Shown piece after piece: positions 1 through 11,815 of a stretch of DNA of 64,000 bases (positions within the stretch are counted from its first letter, which is position 1; each line of letters starts with the position of its first letter). Made by a program: the position numbers and the translations under genes. The stretch is taken from assembly GCA_040954595.2 (NCBI GenBank), contig CM082583.2, positions 6,260,849 through 6,324,848 of the forward strand, in the 5' to 3' direction. Source of the DNA: Balanoglossus misakiensis (Eukaryota; Animalia; Hemichordata). Under the pieces are notes generated by a model. It did no database searches and was not told the DNA's origin. It saw nothing but the letters and a program-made list of their open reading frames with translations.

Positions 1-1026
1 GTAAGCTACGTTCAGGAATTCGGCGAATGTTGGTCGACCTGGTTCATAAAGAGTTTCACCAGGTCATGGTCATGTCACTCCACACTTTGCTAGACCAGCA
101 TCCTGCGCGAGCTGCGAGTTCACCGTGACATCGATCTGCCCCCCCCCCCCCGTTGAATTTGATATTCGATGACGTCTGCTTTTCAAAATTTCTAAATCTC
201 CACAAAATGTAAAGCTTGTTTTTGTTTTAAATTGTTCTCTTTAAGTTTTATCAGCACACACGGCAAATTCACGACACATCAAACCACGGTCACTCTAACC
301 GTGATCAAACGTCCCCACTTTCGACCTTGTTTACCACTTTCGACCTTGTTACATATCAATAAGATCGCGGTTTCGAGTCAAGCGAGTCCTTGACCAGGAA
401 TGTACCACAGTCTCAGCTCTGTGCCTCGACTAGCAGAATACACTATATACGCACTGGCACCACCGATTCTTTTTTACCCGATACAGCTTCTGGAATTACG
501 CAAACTACGTGTCACGTGAGTCTGTTATTATCAAGGATAAATTTGCACACAATGCTGTCAACTGCACAATGAGCAAAACAACAAATGTTCAGAATAACTG
601 CGTATATAGAGAAAGCGATCTGTGTTGCCCATGACAAATATCTAAAATCTGGCGTCAGAATTCAGTACGTGGTAATTCTGGTTAGAGTTCATATAAACAC
701 TGAGTGTGGCTGTATGAATATAGCTGTGCGTGTGTTCTATCAGCAAGTCTATTGGCAGACATCCAGATCCAACCGGAATCAATAATTCCAATGCTACTTT
801 ATGGTCTCTAGGTCATATCACAATATCTACGGCAGATGTAAACACGAACTCATTTACATAAGGTATATTCAAATTAGGTAGGAGGTCTTTTCAGGCTATT
901 GTATGTATATTACAGTTGCAGTGACATTTAATAATATTCGCCCTGCGTCGCCAGAGCAGGAATAGTCGGCGGGAATATTTTTTCCCCCGTTTTCGATGAC
1001 GGCTAGACTTTAACGTTTGTGGAACC

Positions 1027-4000
1027 ATGGCGTTTATGAGAAGGGGGAGCGTCTTCTTGAAAAGACGGCTCGGCTGCGAAGGATGGTTAGTGAAAAACCG
1101 TGAGGCTGCACATCCAAGCGCTACTACGCAGTTACCAATGCATTGGGCCTGCGCTGGTATTTACAACGCTACCTACTGTCAGCAATCACAAAGGTAGGTG
1201 GTTTGGAAAGGAAAACACTTTTTTTCATTGGAAAAACGTAACTGTAAATCTGCCATTGAAAATATCTACGTTATAATTATAGTTATTGTGTACATACAAA
1301 AGTGATCAAAAATGTTATTTTCAATGATATGCAAATTAGATATATTATTCCCGTTGAAAGTGCCTTACAATGGAAATTTCGGTTTTTGTATTATAATTTC
1401 ATTTTGCCATCACGATAAATATTCATTTTGCCATCACGATCATTACTTTTAAAAATTGCATACATGTATCACGTATGTCACGTACCCGTCGTGACCGCGA
1501 TATTTATTTCTATCCAGTTTCACAGTAAAGAAGCTTGTGGACTAGTCAGGTTTTCGTAAAAAAAGTAATTTGGATAGTAATTTTCGTGAGTACATACATG
1601 CAGATTTAGTCTTAAACAACTACTTTTCTGCTAGTAAACATTGGACGCTATGAGCTATTGTTATTGTTATTAAAGAGACGATCAGCTGTGGATGAACTGA
1701 CCCAACATGACCTCGACCCACTTTGCATAACAATCGCTATATCGATCTGCTAAAGACCCTTTCAGGGTTACTCAATCATGCAAGGTTGCGTCATCGCTAT
1801 CGCACCACTCGCTCAAGTGAAAACCAAGACGCCGCGATTAAATTTTCGTCAAATCATTAAATGATAACAATGACCTCTATGTGATATCAAAGCTCCGTGA
1901 CTTCTGCACATTTTCTGTGCGTCACAGAATTTAGTTTTGCGCAGTGCTGATGATAGTACTGTACGCGGTTAATATTTTAATAAATAAACCTAGCCTTAAA
2001 TGTTGTATATTTATATTTTAGCTGATAGCCATCAGAATTAATTCCCTCCTTAATCCCAATTTCAACAACAATCCACAGTTTAAACAATAACTCGAGGACA
2101 ACACCAAGCAATTAAGGCCCCCGTGGCCTCGCAAGAAATAAACATGGATGATGCAATAACCACCGTCGTCGCGTTGCGGTTGTAAATTGCAGATTTGGAT
2201 GGAGTGTCAATACCAGAAACAAACGCAGCCTAGCCGCGGCCGGGGAAACGATTGCATAGCTGCGTATACATTGCTATGCCAACGGGTTGCGTTGCTTTGA
2301 TCGTCTGCCGGAGACAAATAGTCGACATTGATACGCCTAAAGGTCGAACCACGCACAAAGCTTAAAGAGAAATGTTTTCTATTTGCCCTTCAAACCACGG
2401 CCACTCCACGAAAACGAAGCAAATCAATACAATGGCTTCGATATTAAACGCCAAGGAGAGCACAAAGACTTAGAAGAGCGGCACATCGTCGAACCGAATA
2501 GCTAGAGCTGTTGTATTTCACGATTTTCCATTGCAACTTAATCTTGTTTGCAGTTTAATTTCATTTTTGTGAAAGAAACCATTGATTTATGCAAATCAGT
2601 GATCATTTACATTTCAAATAATTATAATATTTATAAAATTTGTTTGGCTTTATAATTATTAATCCAATCATCTGAATTATGTTGAGCCGATACAAACACT
2701 GTCAAGTTTTTAAATGGGCAATGAATATTGCAGGTACAGCACCAGTGGACTGCAGAATCGATTGAAAGATGATGCGGACACTGTCATCATCGGAGGAGGG
2801 GCTTTGGGAACCAGTACAGCATATCACTTAGCCAAAGCAGGAAAGAAAGGCGTGGTTCTGTTGGAGAAGACAGATTTGACAGCTGGAGCAACTTGGCACG
2901 CTGTGAGTGTTATTTTTGTCTTGTGACATTTAAAGAGCATGTGACCCAGTTCATTGTCACCAATTGGTCTGGTGTCAGATTCATTAATAAAACATTAAAA
3001 GTGTTTCATCATCCACTGGCCACTAGCACACAATGAGCACTTAATACTATATGTTTATGAATATTTTAAAAATGTAACCCCTTTTCATTGCCATGGTTTG
3101 CTCCAACTCCATTGTTTTCAATAGCAAGGTTGGACCTTTGTACACTGGGAACTGGGGGGGGGGGATGAAATACATGTACCTGCACAATGAGAACAATGAG
3201 CTGTAATCTCTCCCTGTAAGACTACTAGAAAACCCACACAATTTTTTACAGAGCCTTGCCAAAAGAATTAAAATTCAGTGATCAAATAAAATTATATGGT
3301 CCCAGTATTGCTTGATTTTTTGCACAAAGGAAAAACATTGTTCAAAAAATGCTGACTCAGCATTTTTCATTGTTGGCTTAATGCAAGGCCGACTGTTTCA
3401 TAAACTAGAATCATGTGACCCCTGTATTTGATTGCACATTATCATAATGCTAATGAAGGAAAAATGAAAAATTTGAAAGTAAAGGAAAGACTGTATTGAT
3501 CATATATCCGTAAGATTTGGAGTAGAATGATTATTTTTGTCTCATAAAAAAATGAAAACTTTGACGATTCCTTGACAGGCCGGACTGGCGACTTTCTACC
3601 AACCAGTCATCAACATGAAGAAGATTACACGGACCAGCCTCATGCTGTATCAAGAGTTAGCCAAAGAAACTGGCCAGGTATGTTTTCAGCTGGAATTAAT
3701 TTTGATGCGAAAACACATTACTTGAAAAGAAAACATTTCTGCTTAAAATTTGATTGAGTGCAACTCAGAGTTTCTGTGGGAATGTTTTGGTCCCAATGCA
3801 CTGATTCCTATTGACTTTTATCACCAAATGCTCCAGTCACTGTTGCACTATCCTGGCCCTCTTTCAGCAAGTGGGATTCCATCGTCCGGGAACCATCCGG
3901 CTGGCCACAACACCCGAGCGCGTCGACGAGTTCCACTATCAAATGCAGAGACACGGCTGGCACTCCAATATGCCTCACAGGATCATCGGACCGGAGGAAA

Positions 4001-7000
4001 TCCAACGACTGCATCCACTACTGAATATGGACAAGGCAAGTGCGGGAATTTTCAGAATCGGGACGCGAAGGAAATTTCAGAAAAGATTTGCAGTCCGTTG
4101 CCAGCTCTAATATAGAGATACATGTACACCCGCACCAGTGTATGTGAAGAAGCACTCAGCCCTATTGCGGTATAAAAGTCACAGAAAAGTGACTGGGCAA
4201 ACACAATTGTAATAAGCCACCTTGACCTCTATTTGCTTGAACATTTGATCTATTCTAAACTGCTAAGTCAGTACCAGTATAAGTTGTAGTATTCAATATG
4301 CGATGGTACTTTGAATTAAACAAATAATTTGACTTTCACAGATTCTTGCTGGCTTGTACATGGAAGGAGATGGTCACATCGACCCGTACTCCTTGACGCA
4401 AGCCTACGCCATCGGTGCGCGGAAATACGGAGCTGAAATTTACCAGCATTCTCCCGTGTTGGGATTGAAACAGACCAGCGACGGGAAATGGGATGTGGAG
4501 ACGCAGCACGGAACAATTCGGGCAAATAGAGTTATCAATGCTGCAGGTATGATGATATATGTTTGAATGGTAAAATGCGAGTCATGTATTTATCATTGAG
4601 CCCCCTACTTTTTCAAAATATACTGACTGCTATATCACATATAGTTAAATTTTTATGCCAGCTATTCAGTGAAAGCTGACAGGAAAACATAATTGCCCTC
4701 TGACCCTTGACCTGTGACCTTTGTGCCCAGGATTTTGGTCGCAAGAAGTTGGCAGGATGGCCGGAGTGGACGTTCCTATGATGACTATGCAGCACCAGTA
4801 CCTGGTGACAACGACGATACCGGAGTTGAAAGAGATGGACAGAGAAGTTCCGGTGATCAGAGATCTGGAGGGATCGTACTACGTCCGTCAAGAGAGATCG
4901 GGTTTACTGGTTGGTCCCTACGAGAATCAAGAGAATATGGTACAGCAATACGATTGGCTCAAAGGAGTGCCACCTGGTGAGTTGGAAGTTTTTGATTGGC
5001 TTTTTGATAATCATGGATTCTTTCTCAGATGATGAAATATCAAATGTGAATATTAGATAAATAAATAAATATGACAGTTTCTGTACATCTGCCTTTGCCT
5101 TGATAGGTTTCGGCCGTGAACTATTCGAGAGCGATCTGGATCGAATTGGGGAACATCTTGAAGCAGCCATGGAACTGGTACCAGCACTGCAGACTGCCGA
5201 CGTCCAAACCGTGGTGTGCGGACCCTATCCGTATTCTCCGGATGCCTTGGGATTAGCCGGACCTTACCCGGGAATCCGGAACTACTGGATCATCAACGGC
5301 TGCAGGTATGGTGAAATCGCACTGACAATAGAAAAAAGTCATTACATTGGGACAGCCTGCAACCCGCTTCTGACAGCAGTATGGAAAATGTATGTAAGTG
5401 TATAGTTGAAAGGGGTGTGACACGGTAGGTTCTGGTTTCAGGGGGTGTATGTGTGTGTGTGTGAAAGTGTTAATCCTTTGTTTACTCCAGTGAGTTCTCG
5501 GAAAGAGCTTCTGCTGTCAAGAAATATCCCGGTACCAGAAATGTCAGGATTGAAGTTATCATTCTGACAGTATCCAGTCCACACCATTTCTCGGTGTGGA
5601 CAGGCCAATCTTTGCATGCAATCTGACACCAAAGAAAATTGGAATCCAATTTAACTGGTGATGGACTAGTCATCCTTGCCCCGCAGTGGATATGCCAGAG
5701 TCAGTAAATTTAATAAAATGTAGATTTTTTTTAACTTTTCTATTGCAGTGGCAGCTTTGTCAGGTCTGGGAAGCCTGGAAAATGATCTCACAGTGGATAT
5801 ATGTCAGATGCCTGGATAAAAAAAACACAGATTTCTTATAATCTTTTCATTACAGTGGTGGTATAGTGTGGTCTGGTGGCCTGGGGAAGTATCTCACAGA
5901 TTGGATAATGTCTGGCGAACCGCCGCACAACCTTATAGAACTGGACCCTGCACGTTACGGGAAGTGGCTGACCCACGACTACCTCAGCGCCAAGACGAGG
6001 GAAACGTACGCCTTCAACAACAAGACAGTTTTCCCGTTTGAGGAGAGGTTTGCCGGTCGGCCCACGGAGAGGACGTCCGGGGCCTACCAGAAGATGAAAG
6101 AGAGGGGGGCACAGTTCGGAATGCAGTCAGGTAAATTGTACGGGAAAAAGAATATGCAGATGCTGATGCAAAGCATGTGTGGAAATGGGCCTTCTCAGAG
6201 CTATATGCGACAGGAAAGTTAGTTCATTTAAAATGGACCATTCTAAAATTTGAAAATAAAATCATGAAAATAATGCAATAAATGACAGCTATTGGGGCTG
6301 TAAACAAGTATCTAATCACACTGTATCAACTCTTACAAGTGTCTTTTCGATCCTAGGGTGGGAAAAACCCAATTGGTTTGCACTGCCAGGTGACGATGAA
6401 GGATACAAGCCGAGTTTCCGCCGCACAAACTGGTTTCAACCGGTCGGGAGAGAGTGTTACACAGTGATGAAGAGTGCAGGAGTTATTGATTTAACGTCTG
6501 TGGGTAAATTCAAAGTTCACGGCAGTGATGCTAGGAAACTGATGGACTATGTGTGCGCTACAGAATTACCCCAGGTGGGTTAAGACAGAATGCGTAATTT
6601 GCAATAGAAGTTGAAAATCCCATTTTTCTTGTCAGTGATAAAAAGTGCTCACTGTACAGCATTAGCACAATCCTAAAATTCGTGTACAATTGCTATAAAG
6701 TTCACACAGCATGATTTCGACACCAGATTGGAATTCGCTTTCCAAAATTTGTGATCAATGACAGATGACCTCTGGCAACACAGGGACCTGCCCCAATGTC
6801 ATGTGACTGATAGGAGATATAAAAACACCATGAAGGCAACAGCCATATCTGACCTCCGAGATAGAGGTTGTGATAGCAGACTAATCTAATCTAGATGTTA
6901 TGTCAAAACTGTTAACAGTTTTATCAGTCAGCATGTTGTTGGCACAAGATTTGGATCTGGTCAGCATATGTTGACAATTTACAACAGGTGGAACAGTAAA

Positions 7001-9681
7001 CCTTACCATATATAGTAATTGTTGGCAGTTCTTCATGTTGAAAATAACAATCTAAGATAATAAATTCAAAACAACTGGGAGAAAGAGTTTTTAGGGGAGG
7101 GAAAACTGACACAACTACTGAAGGTCAGAGGTCAAGTTTTCATTTAGAACCAAGGTGTAGGCTAGGGTTGTTCACAGTTTTAGAAATATGACTGAATGAA
7201 TTCTTTCAAGAGATTTATAACCAAAATAGCCACCTGATTCCTGATTTCAGATTGGCGAGTACAGGGTTATATACATGCTGACACCAAGTGGTAATCTATG
7301 GTGAAATTACCGCGTGCAGGTTGGCGGACGACCTCTTTTTGTGCATCACATCACCTTCAGCAGAGCTCCATCATCTCAGGTAGATGCTCCATTTTAGTCG
7401 TTTCATGGTTTTAATCAAGGACGTGCATGTTCACACACGCACGATAAGGATGCTAAATTTATCTCTGAACAAAATGGCAGTATCACTGTGTTCAGTTTTG
7501 AGATAAGCTTCCCAAAGTGTCGAGCACAGCAGATGGAAATAAACCATGGTAAAAAAAAATTGCTGACGCAGATACGCCTTATGAAAACTGACTGAGACAT
7601 TGCAACATTCCGTTCGAGAGAAATTGTCCTACTCACCCAGTATTCCCAATGCACTTGCAGATGGATTGAGGAGCAGGCATTCCAGGGAAACTTTGATGTG
7701 GAGATCACCAACATCACCGATGACAGAGCCTGTCTTGGTCTTGCTGGACCAAAGTGCAGAGAAATTCTACAGCAGCTGACCACCACAGATCTTAGTGATT
7801 CCGCTTTCTCGCCGACGAGAACAAGGAATTTGATGGTGGGCGACATCCCAGTGTTTGCCATTAGAGCCTCCACCACAGGCAAGTATGAGAGAGTTAATGT
7901 AAATATACATAAATGTACTTACTAAGGGATGTATGTAAAATATCATTAGCCACTAAATGGGAATGTGTGTGATACTTTGAACAGTATACATAATAAATGG
8001 GTGCCAAGACAGAAATGGCCAGATATGGCATGTCCACAAGGGACAATACGTCATCATAGTTTGATCAGTTGTTACTGCCCCTTCCCATAAAGGAAACTCT
8101 TCCCATTCTGAAATGGTCTGTGTTTTATCCCAGTGCAGTGTCCGGCATCAAGGGTTGGATAGAACGCGGTAGGGATCGAGTGAACCATTTTCAATTTATG
8201 ACAAAAATTTGTCTTTGGCAGGTGAACTTGGCTACGAGCTGTACCACAACAGAGAGGACACTGGGAAACTGTACGAAGCTCTGTTATCGGCTGGCGATGG
8301 ATATGGCATAGGAGACTTTGGCAGTTACGCCGCGAATGCCCTGAGATTGGAGAAAGGATATCGGGCTTGGGGCAGCGAGGTGGGTCATTGGTTGAAATAG
8401 TGAGAGTGAGAGAGGCACTGGACAGGCACCCTTCTTTTTAATCAGTGTCTTTGTCCGAATACAGTAACATCGTATCCTGCCCACAGATTTAACATGAACA
8501 AGTCATCGTCAATGATACAGTCAGGTGATCAAATTGGTCACCTGCCAAACTTTGTTTCATCACAAATACAAAATGGCTCGTTATAATAAAGATGTGGCAA
8601 GGCCATCATACAGCACATGCTTTCTCACTCCCCCCCCCCACCCCCCAGTTTTCAAGGTTCTTACACCGTCCCTGTGACATTTAATTCTATTTTTTGTCCG
8701 TGTTTGTTTCAACAGTTGAATGTAGACTACAATCCCTATGAGGCCGGCATTGAAGACTCTATACATCCGGATAAGGTATGAAGGTCACATGACACCCACA
8801 TGACCTGGGACTTCAAGGTTTTCACCAGATAAGAGGAATCAAACAGCAAACGACACTTATCATTAGAGTTTTTCAAATATTGGTATTTTTTACTCTCCCA
8901 TGCTGAACCACCATGTAACAGCCTGCAATGGCCTGTTGTGCAGTACATCTGCAGGTCTGTAGAATTGAAGAATCTTAACAAGCATGGAGCTGGTTATAGC
9001 AACTATTGATTAATGCTCAAGGACAAACCTAATCCTTCATTCGTGCCTCTAGTAAAATATCCAGGAGCATTCATGTGGAATAATCACTGTTATGCATTTT
9101 TGTTGCAGGAGGGCGACTTCATAGGAAAGGCAGTTTTACCAAAGTTGAAAGAAAATCTCAATCGCAAATTGGTTCTACTGAAAGTGGAGGGCTGTGCAAA
9201 TGACAATGTAGATCCAATCGGATATGAATCAGTGTGGTGTGGAGACAAGGTGGGTTAATGTCTTATGAAATTTCATGATTTTGTATTAGACCACTTTCGT
9301 AGATCAGTGGCTACTTTTGAGTAAACTGATAACAAAACTACAATTCAAGTACGCCTTATGAAAACACGCTGTTTTTATAGCTGTCACTAGGTTGATTGCA
9401 ATTGCATTTACTATTATTTCAACTTCTCTCTAGGTGGTCGGAAACACCACATCTGGCAGTTACAGCTACAACACAAACCAAAGCATCGCCTACGCGTATC
9501 TCCCCACGAATCTAACCTCAATCGGATCCAAAGTCGACGTGGAGATACTCGGAAAACACTACGTAACAGTGGCACGGTCATACCAGAACCTCTGCTGGAG
9601 AGTGAAAAAGTGAGAAAGGAATCTGATGCCGATGCCGACTTCAGTGATGATGATAGCACCCCTAGGACAGTGTACGGATAA
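1027..9681 (+). CDS. DMGDH: Dimethylglycine dehydrogenase-like mitochondrial flavoprotein (DAO/FAO_M + GCV_T domains); reading frame disrupted twice, possible pseudogene or null allele
   Basis: Hand-spliced exons: 1027-1193, 2734-2902, 3579-3677, 3868-4035, 4342-4546, 4731-4976, 5107-5305, 5856-6130, 6357-6574, 7251-7379, 7661-7878, 8222-8379, 8716-8775, 9109-9249, 9434-9681. Kozak ACCATGG and an Arg-rich presequence ([14 protein letters not shown]...QRYST). Motifs GGGALG (FAD), TWHAAG (covalent-FAD His), [51 protein letters not shown] and [12 protein letters not shown] match recalled vertebrate DMGDH. About 898 aa if both indels are repaired. Confidence 0.9.
3075..3170 (+). mobile_element. 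Degenerate copy of the 85-bp TTAA (piggyBac-like) MITE family
   Basis: taaccccttttcattgccatggtttgctccaactccattg...aaggttggacct...gggaactggggg aligns by eye with the full copy at 38881-38973. Confidence 0.6.
7293..9613 (+). pseudogene. Disabling lesions in the DMGDH-like gene: 2-nt deletion near 7293 (TGA at 7302-7304) and 5-nt insertion near 9563-9567 (TGA at 9611-9613)
   Basis: Exon 7251-7379 is 129 nt, but the flanking phases (0 in, 2 out) need 131 nt; homology resumes in a shifted frame (IYGEITACR...ELHHLR). In the last exon, homology ([13 protein letters not shown]) resumes only after 5 nt are removed. Assembly error cannot be excluded. Confidence 0.6.
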
Positions 9682-10867
9682 GGAGTTGGTCCTCTGAATG
9701 ACCAGCTCATGAATCTGTATTCATTTAGCGGAGCAATCTGTTAAAAAAAAAAGAGGTGCACACCATCAAATGGCCCTATCCCAGTGTAACCTTCTCCTAA
9801 AATACAATGTATTTTGGCTGTAGGATTTTAGTTGAGCTTACTGAATTCTTGGGTGAACATGGAGTTTTGACTAATTTTTGTTTTAATTCGTTCATTGGAT
9901 GAGCCTTTTCAAGTAGAATAGGATGCAGATATGCATGGCCATCGTTCTCTGCTGTCTGTTAAGTTGTATGTGTTACTGATTAAATATACACCTTCATTTT
10001 AGCTGCACTCCTCGGCTATATATAGGCACCAGACAGACCCGATTTTCTGTTAAGCACCAGCAAAAAACTAAGATATCTTGGCAACTTGCTGACAACAACG
10101 GGGCTGCCAGTGATTTTAAGAGCTCTATTGTTTGATTCTTCACAGTGTGGGGACAAATTTCGCTTTTTCCACTCTCACTGAGAACAAATTATTTTGTTCT
10201 TTTTTAAACTGAGAACAAATATCAAGAAGCAGGTTATTTTTTCATCAAATCAGGACTCAGAAAAGTACTCATCTGTTTCTTGAAATCTGAACATCAGCAA
10301 CTACAACATACTGAATGTATTTTTTTCAGTATTTCTGCTGCATACTTTCTTACTGCCTCAAGAAGATTACACCTTATGTGTACTGAGTACATTAGTGCGA
10401 TGATGCTGTTAATTTTTTTCCAATTGCAAGACTGCAATAGAGTCTATATGATAGTAACAATTATATAGTAAAATTCATCAGGAGATAATTTATAATCATA
10501 TATTACAATCATGTGCATAGTCATACATGCAATATTAAACTTATTTACTGCACACACCTCTCTGTTAGAGTTTCCGCATTGTGTTGAAATTATTTTTTGT
10601 CAGGCGGTGTGGGTGTGGTATGGCAATTACAGGGACCCTACTAGCTAGAATTTTGGCTTGTTTTCAATATTGTGTATCAACTTAGGTCAGTCAACATGAT
10701 CTTTCAATAACCATAAATGTACATGATTTAAGGACCTCGTTCTGTCCACAAGTGAATAAGGACTGAGGGTGAATGCAATTTTTCTAAATTGACAATGTCA
10801 CATGTACACCTACGGGATGTGCTGATAAGCAGAATACAATGTACTGGGTATTTCATCACGCTGAAAT

Positions 10868-10932
10868 AAAATCCATTGTTTTCTAAAGTAAAGTTGGACT
10901 TCAATAGAGGGAACTGGAAGTGAAAGGGTTAA
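10868..10932 (+). mobile_element. 5'-truncated copy of the 85-bp TTAA MITE family
   Basis: aaatccattgttttct...aagttggacttc...agagggaactggaagtgaaagggTTAA matches the right two-thirds of 38881-38973. Confidence 0.7.
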
Positions 10933-11815
10933 GGAAGACAAACAAGAAACTACAGTTGATGCACAAAACAGCCAACTTTAACAATAACAGCTGATATGGT
11001 TTTAATCATTGGGAAAAAATTTCCGGGTACAGTAAAACCTCCCAGTTGCAGATAACTATATCCGAATTATAGGAATCATCCCAGATGTCCACATAGTGCT
11101 GAAATTCTATCGTTCTTATTGCACCACAGCTTGAAAGCTTGGTCTGCACCAAGCAGGGGTCAAAAGGCAAGTTGTCACTACACCCAGATTCAGACAAAAT
11201 TCATATTCAAATAGAACACGGTAACTTAATGCCGAGTACTATGGACTCAATTTGATATGCACTTGATGGCTGAAACAATGATAATGTGCGAGTGTAAACA
11301 TGTAATTCCAGGCCTTAACGCATGTTCTGCTTGTCATGTTGCCCATTGGAAATCCAGACGTCCCTGAGAATATCTAAATTTCTTTACAAATAACAAAGCC
11401 ACTTCCACCCTCCCAAAAAAACTAAAAATAAGTCTGTCGTAATAACAGTTAATAAGTGTGAAAAACACATTAACATTTCAATGGCTGCTATATAACCACT
11501 GACAATAACAGTCTTTTATTGTTCAAATTTGACACTGGACACACTGGAATCTGTGCATTCTCTCTCACGGAATAACAGTGACACGCCCACACGTGTACTC
11601 ACTGTCCCTTTCCCACACATGACATGATTCAGCAGTTTGCAACGAAAAAGACACGCAATCGCCCGAATTCTCTGGATTAAAAAAAACAGCTTTTTTTCTG
11701 TGGCATGACATTTGCTCTGACCTTGTAAAGAACCTTGCATCTGACCTCGATATCACTGCATCCCTAATATAAATAATGATCTTGGCCCTGACCTTGATGA
11801 TGACCCCGATGTGGC

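Noticed and set aside
315-1440. Short direct duplications (ccactttcgaccttgtt x2 at about 315-350; ttcattttgccatcacgat x2 at about 1398-1440)
   Set aside because: Ordinary slippage-type duplications with no evidence of function.
7296-7307. Antizyme-like programmed +1 frameshift at TGG-TGA-A in DMGDH
   Set aside because: The shifted frame already matches homologues three codons upstream of the stop (IYGE versus VYAE), which points to a simple deletion rather than slippage at the stop.
9563-9569. GTAACAG as a GT-AG micro-intron repairing the last DMGDH exon
   Set aside because: Seven nt is far too short to splice, and removing it does not restore the homologous frame.
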